Shown: piece after piece, positions 39,321 through 50,538 of the stretch
Layout: each line of letters begins with the position of its first letter
Position numbering within the stretch: the first letter of the stretch is position 1
Assembly: GCF_963921235.1 (NCBI RefSeq)
Contig: NC_086108.1
Coordinates: forward strand, 40,612,001 to 40,676,000
Source: Mobula hypostoma
Taxonomy: Eukaryota
DNA length: 64,000 nt
Direction: 5' to 3'
The notes under the pieces: model-generated
The model's input: only the letters and a program-made list of their open reading frames with translations
Told to the model about the DNA's origin: nothing
The model's database searches: none
Position numbers and translations under genes: made by a program

Positions 39321-39983
39321 TTAGTGGAATCATTTGCAGTTGAGCTGATGATTCACTCTCACCACTGCAGCTGACATTGAACTATCTCCAGTGCGTGCCA
39401 TCAGCTGTGGGTTCTGTGGTGGGTCAAGTTTCTTTCTCTATTTCAATCAGCTCAAATGACCTTCAGACACTTGATTAGAGAGCAGATAATCGGAAAGCCC
39501 GTACTGCATCAGAGGCTGAGGAAAGATGCTGTGTCATGTTAATTACTAATAATTATGCATCATCTTTGAAGGTATGAAGTGAATCTCATGGCCAGTGAGT
39601 GGAAGAAGAGGGTATATGATGGTCTCTAAGTCAGTATATTCGGAAGCTGCATTTTGATTATTATGCAGGTTTCCTCTGCTGATGAATATAGAAGGAATGA
39701 GCTTTAAACAAAGAAACCTATAACTAAGCTAAAGAATACTTGCAATCAAAGGTATAGTGAAACACGAGTGTCTTTATAAAGTGTAAATACTAATCCATCT
39801 TTAAATCTTCTATTTTAATTTCTTGGTACACTCTACACTTACAACACACCAGATCGTGTGGATCAAATATGATGAAAAAGCACACCAGGTTTATATTTTG
39901 TGTGAGCGCACTGTATGTGTTCTGTTTATGAAAAGTGGGTGACTGAGACCTGCTTTTTAGAAGGGGATTGATCCACAGAAATA

Positions 39984-40150
39984 CACAAAATGCTGGTGAA
40001 CGCAGCAGGCCAGGCAGCATCTATAGGAAGAAATACAGTCAATGTTTCGGGTCAAGACCCTCTTCAGGGCTAACTGCTGCGTTCCACCAGCATTTTGTGT
40101 GTGTCACTTGGATTTCCAGCAGCTGCAGGTTCCTCGCGTTTGCGTTTTTA
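39984..40150. mobile_element. Inverted Penelope terminal-repeat insertion
   Basis: acaaaatgctggtgaacgcagcag is inverted against ctgctgcgttccaccagcattttgtg. 14-bp TSD gatccacagaaata (39970-39983) / gatccgcagaaata (40151-40164). Confidence 0.8.
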
Positions 40151-42159
40151 GATCCGCAGAAATATACTGTTTTGTACTATTGGATATTCGCAAGTACAGA
40201 ACTGGATTATATTACAAAAACACAAGCAAGGCAAAATTAAAATATTTGTTCTTACTAAAAATCTAATACAACTTTCCTTAAGAATCCAAGGCTTCATTTG
40301 TTCTTGGCTGTATAGAAATCATGAACTCTAATAACAGCTCAAATGGTTCAATCTGTTAATCTTTTCCAAATAAAGAATTGCAGAGCCAAGAAATAATAAT
40401 AAAAATAGAGCAGTGTAAGACCATGCAGCCCCTGGAACACAATCCTGCCATCGAATAGTCCTGGCTGATCTTTTATCTCAATGCCAGCTTTTCCAGCACT
40501 ACCTTCATGTTTGTGAATTCCCTTAATTCCCAGAATTGTATTGACTCCCATCTCAAGTTTACGCAGAACAAATGCTCAGGCAAATTGTCATTTTGCACAT
40601 ACTCTTTCTCCAGTCGCCTTACACCTCACCCTGTCCCCTCCCCTCCTTGTCTGGAATCCGATCTCAAACTGCATGTGGGAGAAGTGAATCAGGGAGCAGT
40701 TTGTGCTTCGCAAGATATCCACAGGGTCCTTGAACTGCTACAAGTCAGCTGAGATGACAGTAGCTAGCAATCTGTGCCAAACTGAAGCAACTGCCTAAAC
40801 CAGTCTGTCTGGAGGGCAAGTGTGTGAAATGGAGCATCCCCTCCCAAATCGTGTGGTGCGGCACAGCTTCGGTATTCTGCCCTTAATTTGCTGCCCTGGG
40901 ATTTAAACCCAGGGAGGAAATAAAAACATCATCTTTATTTCTATCTCTGATTGCATCCACGTTCCTATAGGGATCAGCGTGATCTCTTTTGCTTTCTAAT
41001 TATTAAGAGCTTAGGTTATTTCTAGAGTTAATCCTTGATCACAGCCGCAGCTGCAGAAACTATGAAAGGATTAGAATTTATTTTCTTTTTACGTCTTGCA
41101 GACCAACAAGTTAAATAATTAGTGTCCTTTTTTTATGTCACTCTTTCCTTCCCTTTTATTTTCCCCTTCTGCGGTGGAGAAATTTCTGCATGGCCCTCTC
41201 TGATAACTACCAGCAGCAATACTGTGGGAAGAAGTTACAAAGCAAAGTGTTGCTGTGAAAAGCAGGTGTTTTTACCAGTTTCTCATCATCCTGGGCTGGA
41301 AAAAAAACAAAGATAATCCACCCAAGGGTGCAGAAAAAAAATAAAACATCATCCAGGCCAGCACTTGGAGAATGGAACTTTCTGGTTGGAAGTCAAATCT
41401 CTCCTTTAAAACCCTTGGCTCTGGCTGAATGTGAAATGTTGACGCTTTGAAAATTAAAAAAGATTTAATATGAAAATGATTCATTCAATGCCACATTCCT
41501 TTGGGAGCAACTTGACTGATGTATTTCCATGAGAACATCCCATGTAAAAGGAATCTGAAGCTGCATTAACAAGACACATTCCACCCATGCTCAAGAAAGC
41601 CAGGATTGTACGTCTTAATGTGGTTGTGCTATTTTAGGTTATATAGTCCCACTACGAGGAAGGCCATTTGAGTTAATATGTTCCATTCTGCAGTGATTAT
41701 TTTTAAACCCTCTACCCAGATTCAAGCAGCTTTGCTAATGCTCTGATTGAGATGGGAACGTTTTGTTACTGCAAGCAAAGTATTGCAGTGTTCCCAGGCA
41801 TCTGCACACTTACTGTAACGCCACAGAAAAGAAATCCATCTGCTCAACATCTGCCAGGAGTACAGATGTAGGGTCAGTTAGCCCCAGTTGATGGTTATCT
41901 CAGGCTTTTTTTATTCTCTCATTTCTGACAATGAAATTAAATTCTGATTCATCATCAGTATCAACTAAAATTAAAGTGCAGGGAGATCTAATTGGATTAT
42001 GCTCCCTGCACAGTTAAGATCTTTAGCAAGTTCATATGCTATGGCACTCTCACTTGTTCATCCTGGGTCTAATATGGTTTAAGGGTTTTGTTTTCCAGGA
42101 AGCAGAATTTTAAAATCCCTAAATGGAAACATTGAGAATTGTGTGTTGAATTAAATGCC

Positions 42160-42530
42160 CAAAGCATGATCAGGATCCCTACCACCCATCCCACAATCTC
42201 TTTGACCCTCTACCATCAAGGAGGAGATTCAGAAGCATCAGGACGTGGCCTGACAGACGGGATAACGGCTTCTTTCTCTAGGCTGCGAAACTAATGAATT
42301 CCCTGCCCACCACCGAGGTCTTGTCACCAGGAAAGCGAGCTGTTTACTGTACGGTTTATCTGTGCTGTACACAACATAAACTTTAAACTATATTTTATTA
42401 ACTTATTTCTGATTATATCTTGGTTTATGTGCTGTGTGTGATCAATTCTGTGGGTGCACTATGGTCCAGAGGAATGTTGTTTGGTTGTATATGGGTACAG
42501 TCAGATGGCAATAACCCTGAACTTGAACTT
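42160..42530 (+). mobile_element. Rex1/Babar-type LINE 3' tail
   Basis: DPYHPSHNLFDPLPSRRRFRSIRT remnant; tail aacttgaacttg. Confidence 0.7.
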
Positions 42531-43003
42531 GTTAGGTGTTTCATTAAACAGTTTTAAGTTATCATTTGCTATGTACTTCAATGTGCAATTTGCCCTCGAT
42601 CTTCCATCTTCACCACCAAACATGCCCCCAACATCCAACCTTACAACACATTTCATTTTATCCCTAACCCCCTCTCAGAGTCCATAGTTACTGCTTTAGT
42701 TTCATGCTATCTATTCTCTGGGGGGATCTGCTTATCAAGTGAGTATGAGCAATTAGACCTCAAGAGGCATCTGATCCCAGCTTATTCCTACCTTTGCCAG
42801 TTATCTATCAAGAGGCAGAGGCCAATGTCAATGTCCTCTTGCTAAGTCAACCAAGACTGGCCAAATCCATTCAGAAAGTCCATGTCCAATCCCTAACAGG
42901 AGCTGTCGGCAAGAGGAGTCTTTGTCATAAATCCATTTAGATTTTATATAACAAAGTAGTATACTGATCTGACTGTATTATGGCAAAACATTAAATAGCT
43001 GTA

Positions 43004-44511
43004 CAGTGCCTATAAAAAGTATTCACCCCCCCTCTCCCACCAGACATTTTAATGTTTTATTGTTTTACAACATTTTATCACAGTGGATTTAATTTGGCTT
43101 TTTTGATACTGATCAACAGAAAAAGACTCTTTTGTGTCAAAGTGAAAACAGATCTCGAACAAAGTGATCTAAATTAATTACACATATAAAACACAAAATA
43201 ATTGATTGCATAAGTAATCACCTCATTTAATATGACACACCAAATCATCACTGGTGCAGCCAACTGGTTTTAGAAGTCACATAATTAGTTAAATGGAAAT
43301 CTGTTTTTGGAAACGTGTGGGCAGTCGAGGCATTTCAATTGATTGTAGTAAAAATACACCTGTATCTGGAAGCTCCAACTGCTGGTGAGTCAGTATCCTG
43401 GCAAAAATTAGACTATGAACACAAAATAACACTCCAAGTCACTGAATATCCCTTGGAGTACGGTTAAGTCAATTATCAAGAAATGGAAAGAATATGGCAC
43501 CGCTGTAAATCTGCCTAGAGCAGGCCATCCTCAAAAACTGAGTGACCATGCAAGAAGGGGACTAGTGAGGGAGGCTACCAAGAGACCCATGACAACTCTG
43601 GAGGAGTTACAAGCTTCAATGGCTGAGATGGGAGAGGCTGTACATGCAATAATTGTTGCCTGGGTGCTTCACCAGTCGCAGCTTATGGGAGAGTGGCAAA
43701 GAGAAAGCCACTGTTGGAAAAAAAAAACTCACATGAAATCTCAGCTACAGTTTGCCAGAAGGCATGTGGGAGACTCTGAAGTCAGCTGGAAGAAGGTTCT
43801 ATGGTCTGATGAAACCAAAGTTGAGCTTTCTGGCCAACAGACTAAACACTATGTTAGATGTATGCCTAACACTGCACATCATCAAAAACACACCATCCCT
43901 ACTGTGAAGTATGGTGGTGGCTGTATCATGCTGTGGCATTGCTTCACTGTAGCAGGCCCCGGAAGACTAGTGGAAGGTAAAATTAATGCAGCAAAATAGA
44001 GGGAAATCCTGGAAGAAAACCTGATGCAGTCTGCAAGAGAACTGCGACTTGGGAGAAGATTTATTTTCCAAGTGTAAAGCCAAAGCTACATAGGAATGGC
44101 TAAAAAACAACAAAGTTTCAAGTCAAGTCCAGATCTCAATCCAATTGAGAACTTGTGGCCTTACTTGAAAAGGATTGTTCATGAGTGATCCCCATGCAAT
44201 CTGACAGAGCTTGAGCAGTTTTGTAAAGAAGAATGGGAAAAAATTGCAGTGTCCAGATGTGCAAAGCTGATAGAGATCTATCCACACAGACACAAGGCTG
44301 TAATTGCTGCCAAAGATGCATCTACTAAATACTGTCTTGAAGGGGGTGAGTACTTATGCAATAACTTTGGTGTTTTATATTTGAAATTAATTTAGATCAC
44401 TTTGTAGAGATTTATTTTCACTTTGACTTGAGAGTCTATTTTTGTTGATCAGTGTCAAAAAAGCCAAATTAGATCCACTATGATTCGGGTATTGTATTCT
44501 TATAGGCACTG
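43004..44511 (+). mobile_element. Tc1-family DNA transposon (copy 2), defective
   Basis: TA TSDs at 43002-3 and 44512-3. Termini cagtgcctataa / ttataggcactg. Transposase remnants KVLWSDETKVEL, VKYGGGCIMLW and SPDLNPIENLW with frameshifts and deletions. The right ITR is internally deleted. Confidence 0.95.
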
Positions 44512-45000
44512 TAAATATTTCTCCTTCAAAAAGCTGTTGTCTATATGGAACCTCACCCAACGTTACAGCCTTTTAATGCACACATCACAAGGCTTCGCTC
44601 ATGGTGCTAGGATTCTGTACTGTAGAAACTATGTGAATGTGGTCACTCCAAATAAGGTAGTGTCCATGAAGGCCAAATCAGAAAAACTGATTCCTCTCCC
44701 TTATTGTCATTTCACAACTAGTGGTCTTCTCCTTAAACCAGCTGGATGACTATTTCCATGATTAGGAGCCACATTTTACCAATTACCATGCAAAGGTTAC
44801 ACAACCATCTCCTGCACAACATCTCATATTACTTCAGGCCTTCTGAATCCTATCAAGTTTCAGCAGGTTGATAAAATACCAAATCCTTTGAAAGCTGGAA
44901 AACAGTGCTTTGGAATGTTTAAAGTTAGAAATAGAAAACATTTAATATTTGCAGTCATCTTCACGCTACTTAAATATTAACGAGTTATGGTTTGCAGTGA

Positions 45001-45097
45001 CAATAGCAAAATGCTGGATACACAGCAGGTCAGACAGCATCTATGGGAGTGGACAATAATAGTTTATGCTTCGGGCCGAGACCCTTCATCAGGATCC
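45001..45097 (-). mobile_element. Short Penelope terminal-repeat insertion beginning at the hammerhead motif
   Basis: 12-bp TSD ggtttgcagtga (44989-45000) / ggtttgtagtga (45098-45109). The minus strand starts ggatcCTGATGAagggtctcggcccGAAG. Confidence 0.8.
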
Positions 45098-46154
45098 GGT
45101 TTGTAGTGAGGTCACATGTGCCTAGCTATTGGATCCACCTCCTAGCCATTAGTAACTACCATCAGTTTAAATGACATTCAAAATCCATTAACCAGAAAGC
45201 AAGTGCTATTAGGGACTCCAAACAAGCTGCTGGTCTGTGCCGATCCCTCTTGTTGATAATCCTAATGTGATGCTATTAGACAATTTATTGTGATAGCATA
45301 AGGTTTTGCTGAGCTACCATGGTCTAAAGGAAGTTCACCAGCAACTTGCACTGGATCTTCAGATGTGGTTGAATTATTTTACAAGGCTGTAACAGGCTCT
45401 TACGTTTGTAACTATATCATAAACAACTGCTTTAAGATGAGCTACTTTCCATGTGCGGAGTTGATGAGCTTCAAGAAAAACCCAAATGAGAAAAAGCTCT
45501 TGATATTCATCAGGCTCGGTAATGCTCATCTCCAATCTGTATTAAAGATAAGACTGCCCTTACCTTCTCTTTCATTTCATATCTCCCTGTTACTTGCAAG
45601 GAATGTGCATCGGTGAAAATCATTTTCATGCAGTGTGACAGAAACAGATTCAGCAATGACTTTCAAAAGAGAATTTACAATGCGCTTATTGTACAAGTAA
45701 AAAAAAATCCAGAGCTAGAATGGAAAACCAGACAGGTTGTTCATGAGTAGCAAAGGAAAGGTGGTTCAAATGCATTTCCATGTTGGAAGATTCTACTACC
45801 GTATTTTGTAAGTTGCCCTGCTTCTGGAAATCTATTCACACAGAAGAATAAAATGCAAACTAGGACATGTTACCAAACAGTGGAACTTTGATATTTTTGT
45901 CAGTACTTTGCATACAGAGGGTGCTCAATAACAACAAAATGGTAAAAACAAATGGAGAACAAAAACTTCCCCAACTTAGTGGTAAACCAACTTTAAGAAT
46001 TGTGCTCCAGTAAGATTTTTGTTTTTAGCAAGCATATGGCAAATGAATTTAACCACATAGTACGTAACAATAGGAATTGTTGATACTCTATGAAACTTTC
46101 TACCTACAAGCTTTACTTAGGGAGTCAGGGGGGTGAGGAAATGTACCAAGGCCT

Positions 46155-46930
46155 CTCAGATGACAATGAGGAGCTGTACAGGAGTGACACTGATCAGTGA
46201 TTTCAGGGTGTCACAACACCAACTTTGTATTCAGCATCAGCAAGATCATAGAATTTATTATTGAGTTCAGGAAGGGGAAGACAGGTAAACACATACCAGT
46301 TCTCGTTGAGGGGTCAGCGTTGGAAAAGGTGAATGCCTTTCAGTTCCTGGTTGTTAGCATCTTGGGTGATCTATTCTGGGCCCAACTCATTGAAGCAATC
46401 ACAAAGGTGGCACACCAGTGACTCTGCTTCATTGGGAGTTTAAGGAGATTCAGTGCGTCACCGAAGACACTTACAAATTTCTATAGATGTATGATGGAGA
46501 GCATTCAGATTGGTTGCATCACAGCCTAGTATGGACGTTCCAATGCACAAGTTCGCAAGAGGCTGCAGAGAGTTGTTGACTCATCGAGCTTATCATAGAC
46601 ACAACCCTCCCCGCCACTGAGGGCAACTTGAAGAGATGATGCCCCAGGAAGGCAGCGTCATCATTAAGGACCTCACCATCTGGGACACGCCCTCTTCCCA
46701 TTAACACCTTCAGGGAGGAGTCCGAGACACACTCAGTCATTCAGAAACAGCTTTTTCCTCCCTGCCACCAGATTTCTAAACAGTACATCAACCCATGAAT
46801 ACTACCTCATTATTGCTTTAAACTTAAACTCTTTAAAAAAAAATTATAATTTATAGTAACTTTATGACAGTGCCACAAAGTGACAAATTTCACATCATAA
46901 GAGAGTGAAAATCACCTGTCTATGATTCAT
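46155..46930 (+). mobile_element. Rex1/Babar-type LINE 3' fragment
   Basis: CHNTNFVFSISKIIEFIIEFRKG...EKVNAFQFL remnant followed by a typical 3' UTR. Confidence 0.75.
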
Positions 46931-47162
46931 AGGAAGCAAAAGAAATGTGATACTGTTTAGCTCATAGCTGTGAAATGAGTCAAAATGGTTAAATTGTTGA
47001 TTTTCTACATAATTATGTCTGTCTTCTCCACTCTGAAAAAGATCAGAATAATACATCTGAGAGTGGAGAGCGACCTTTTAAGCTGACCAACTTCCTTCCA
47101 TGCTCTCCACTCCTGCCAAATAAAATTATTTTGGAAATTCTGCAAGTTAAAATAAATGCATG

Positions 47163-47851
47163 TGTAAGGCGGTTTCGATTTTTATGCTTCTGCGGAGGCT
47201 AATTAAAATGGCGTCTTTGTTATGTTAATCTGGGGAATGCGGCTTTGTTGTGTTAAATACTGAGAAAGTTTGCGCTAACAGTTTGTTTTTGTTTTAGAGT
47301 CTGATAAGAGGGCACTATTAACCAATTGGGATAGTTGTTATGGTTTTGGTGTATTTGAAGATACTGTATGCGCGGGGTTTTGGGGCAGAAGGCGGGAGAG
47401 CGAGACAGAGGATGGACAAGGTGCTGTGAGTCCGCTAACGGGGTCAGACCCTGAGCGGGACGTTCAGTGAGGAGACGGAGACGGACTTGTGTCGAGCGTC
47501 TGGTCGACCACCGTTGTTGGTCCCAGGCAGCCGGTCGAAGTGGTCCGAGGGGTCGCAGGGTGAAGAAGAAGGTCCTTGAGCTCCAACGGTTTTGTGCACG
47601 AAGAGATTGAACTTTGATATATGTGGCGCCTTTTATTTTCCTTTTATATTTTATTCTTTTAATTATATAGTTCCAGTAATATCTATAAACTGTAAATCAT
47701 TTAATTGCATCTGGTGTATTGTGTTATTTGGGCAGGGTGGGGTACCTCACACAGCATCCACACAAACGAATTATCCAGTTTGGTGGGGCCGAGGCTGTTT
47801 CCCTAGATGACAGCGAGCCGAGCGACCCTGAGGGTGGCCGGGGGGGCTACA
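47163..47851 (+). repeat. 5' LTR
   Basis: tgtaaggcgg...ggggctaca; about 95-96% identical to the 3' LTR by manual comparison. Confidence 0.97.
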
Positions 47852-47854
47852 TTG

Positions 47855-47874
47855 TGTGAGGTTTGTCCGGGATT
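47855..47874 (+). promoter_or_regulatory. Degenerate primer-binding site (tRNA-Pro type)
   Basis: tgtgaggtttgtccgggatt versus canonical PBS-Pro tgggggctcgtccgggatt, immediately after the 5' LTR. Confidence 0.65.
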
Positions 47875-48099
47875 GAGTCTGCTGGTATGCTGTGTGGGTG
47901 CCCTGTTTAAATCTATAATGTGTGTCTCTGTGGGTTATTTGCTGGTGATTGCTGTATGCGTGGTGGGTGAGGTCTTTGTTCGAGTTCAGGGTGGCATTGA
48001 CAAGTTGGAGGTGGCACTCGGAGCTGCCCAAGCGGTTGGGAGAGAGAGGAAAGAGTGGTCTGATTTGGAGGTAGGGTCTGCGAATAAATGTTCTAGCTC

Positions 48100-48440
48100 T
48101 GGCAGGCTCCGCCTGGCACTTGGGATAGTGTCCACCCCACGTGTGAGACGTGGGCAGAGCGGATCACTCAGTTGTTAGATGAGTGGCAGTGCTCGGTTGA
48201 GGGAGAGCGACAGGAATTGGTTGAAAGTTTGAGTAGGCGGGCTGGTGACGGTATTAGAGCTGTCAGGTTCACTTACACCGTAGTGACAGCTGTCAGTTAT
48301 TTGAAAGAGGGGGGGAAAGTTTTCAGTGTGTCTTCTCTGGCGAGGAGGGCGGCTAAATTGCTTGCAGTGCCGGGGGATCATTTCAGGGGATCAGTTGTTC
48401 AGCTGATCAGAGAGGTGTTGGGAAACTTAGTGGACGGCCA
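48100..48440 (+). pseudogene. gag: PNMA-like Gypsy gag (capsid) remnant, frameshifted
   Basis: RLRLALGIVSTP, then in a shifted frame CETWAERITQLLDEWQCSVEGERQELVESLSRRAGDGIRAVR. Resembles the RLRxFSG..PTP.GEE.FE.W.EQ...LDEWQCS....Q...ESL.G.A pattern of PNMA-like Gag. Confidence 0.8.
48420..48426 (+). promoter_or_regulatory. -1 ribosomal frameshift slippery heptamer G GGA AAC
   Basis: The gag frame reads TTG GGA AAC. A -1 shift gives GGG AAA CTT AGT GGA CGG CCA GTG..., which is open into the pol ORF at 48441. Confidence 0.8.
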
Positions 48441-49300
48441 GTGGGGGAATGGCTTGGGTTCTCTGGGGAAGCACATTCCCAGCAATGTACCAATGAACTT
48501 CCGAAAGGAAAAGACCCGATTCCTAAAGGCTTAGAGGGGCTACGCCCCAGGGTGTCACTATGGATAGAGGAAAGCGATGCTAAAGCTATCCTCGACCCCG
48601 GGGCACAGATCAAGTTGTTGGACAGTTCGTTTTACAACCGGTGTCTGAAGCATTTATCCTTGACAACTGCAAGGGCACCGGAGACTTTGGGTACTAGTGG
48701 CAGTAGTTATCCAGAAGACTATGATTGGTTAATGACCCTGGAGTTCATGGAGGCATTTTCTGGGCACCCAGCGTGTCGAGTTGCTTCTGAGCACGTGTGT
48801 AGCAGCCTTGAGCCAGTACCGAATTTAAACGAGACCCAGCGGTGGTACGGCCTGGGGAAAGTAGCTGAGGGTGAGACCCTCTTAGTAGATGCTCCGAACT
48901 ACCACGAGGGAGGGGAGTTGACCGCTGAAGACACCTCAGTGAGAGAGAGGTCGCGGCAACTGGACCCTGGCGGCATGGAAGATGGAGGCAGCGTGTGTGC
49001 GGATTATGTGATGTGGTTTAATGTGCTGCATCTGAGGGGTGGATGTTGCCAGATCCTGAGGAGTGCGGCTGTTGAGCTGAAGATGGCCTTTACTAGTTCC
49101 CTAGGATTCTTCCGATCCGAAAAGATACCCAAGGGCATATCCAGAGCCCCTGCATCCTTCCCGCGGGGCATGAGGAAAACCATGGGGGAAATGAAGGAGT
49201 GTGGAGTTTTGACGTATGTGGATGACCGCCTAGAGCTTGGATTCGCCTGGGGGGACTATGAGGCGAGGCAAGTGGCTGAGCCCGGGCGACTGAAGCGAAG
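48441..49300 (+). pseudogene. pol: Gypsy pol remnant: aspartic protease (LDPGAQ) and deleted RT (YVDD)
   Basis: AILDPGAQIKLL at about 48585-48620 (DTG changed to DPG). CADY..WFNVLHLRGG..KMAF..LGFF..IPKGISRAPASF...LTYVDD (YVDD at 49215-49226). The first RT catalytic Asp is replaced by His. Confidence 0.9.
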
Positions 49301-49334
49301 TGTCAAATGTGGAGGAGTTTTTGGCCGGAGGTGT

Positions 49335-50036
49335 TTGGTGCAATGTGAGGAAAATGACCCGACATACCAGTTGAACTTCCTGGTGTTGGGACAGACGGTG
49401 GTGGACTGGGGCATGGAAACCCAGGTCGTCAATCTGAATGAGACACAGGGAAGAGAGGGGATTTGCACCGCACTGCGGTCATGTACTGATGAATTAATCC
49501 AGCGAGAAGAAACAATGACCCACCTTGGAAGGGATCAGCAGAAACTCAAGACGTCCATTCAGAACAGATTGTAAGACTTGCAAGTTGGAGAAGATCATGG
49601 AAGTGTTCTGACTAAGGTCAACAGAAAACCAAGAGCACAGGGAGGGGAGTTTGACTACACTCCCGAGGAGGTAAAGAAATGGAGGACAGATCTCGGAAAG
49701 GGGAGGCGGACGCTTGAAAGGAACCTGAAGATGACTATCGCGAGTTTAAATGAAGTGGAAAAACTGAACGTTGACCTGGAAGACGTCCTCAGGAAGAAAC
49801 AACCGGAGGCTGAACATTCTTTAACTGCTGCTTTTCAGGTCAGGGTGGAAGAAGCTGGTGGGGTAACTGCGTCCCAGATTGAGATGGCCAGGAACCCTGA
49901 GTCAGAACTGCGGAGGCTGTGGCGAGAGTTGAAGGAGTCCCCGAAGAAGCTGACGTCTCGACTGCAGGAGGCTGAAGGGGTAGCCCCGGCTAAATGTTTC
50001 AGTTTGGAGAAACTCAAACAGCAGCTACCGATCGAT
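49335..50036 (+). pseudogene. Captured, processed, internally deleted sarcomeric myosin heavy chain rod fragment (MYH16-like) in the pol frame
   Basis: L*DLQVGED..VLTK (cf. LDDLQAEEDKVNxLTK); [29 protein letters not shown] (cf. recalled MYH16 DLKMTIDNLNEMERSKLDLEEVVKKR); [15 protein letters not shown] (cf. RLEEAGGATSxQIEM); [11 protein letters not shown]...AKCFSLEK (cf. KKLAQRLQEAE...AKCSSLEK). Confidence 0.9.
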
Positions 50037-50525
50037 GGAATGAGGAAGGATACGGATTCGAAGGATGATGTGCTGCACATGTGGAACATGCTGCCTTTCG
50101 CTAACTTCCCCGTGACTGAGGAAGAGACTTTTGGCCCTTCTCCCACTGAGTCAGGTGTAGCGGGGAGAGCTAGCTGTGGGCAGTCTGAGTTGCGGCAGGA
50201 TTGGGAAGGAGGAGAGGCGGGGCCCCGGACACTGGACTGGGGGGGTCCGAGCTGTAGTGGTGGCCTGAGTGGGAGAGGAGTTGGCAAGCAGGCCCGAGGT
50301 ATCCCTAGTAGTGTCTGAGCCTTTTGGGTTTAGGTGAGGGGGTACGGAGGTCTCAGAGGGTTAAGAAGCTCCCAGATAGGTTGGCCTATTTAGCGCCTGT
50401 GGGACGGGAGTAAGGTCCACTGTTTGGGGAGCACTGTCACTGTGTGTATCTGTGTATGTGTGTGTTGTGTGTCTGTAGGACTGGGTGGCGAGTTATTTAG
50501 GAGTCATGAGGACATGACTTTATTT

Positions 50526-50538
50526 GGTGGGGGGAGAG
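50526..50538 (+). promoter_or_regulatory. Polypurine tract
   Basis: ggtggggggagag immediately upstream of the 3' LTR. Confidence 0.85.

Noticed and set aside
47807..48000. Hydrophobic stretch resembling a transmembrane/env protein in the LTR element
   Set aside because: It derives from GT-rich leader sequence overlapping the LTR end and PBS. It is in the wrong position for env and has no env motifs.
49335..50036. A genuine host myosin heavy chain gene or exon
   Set aside because: It lies inside an LTR element, is fused to pol, lacks introns and splice sites, and has large deletions and a stop. No other myosin exons occur in the window.
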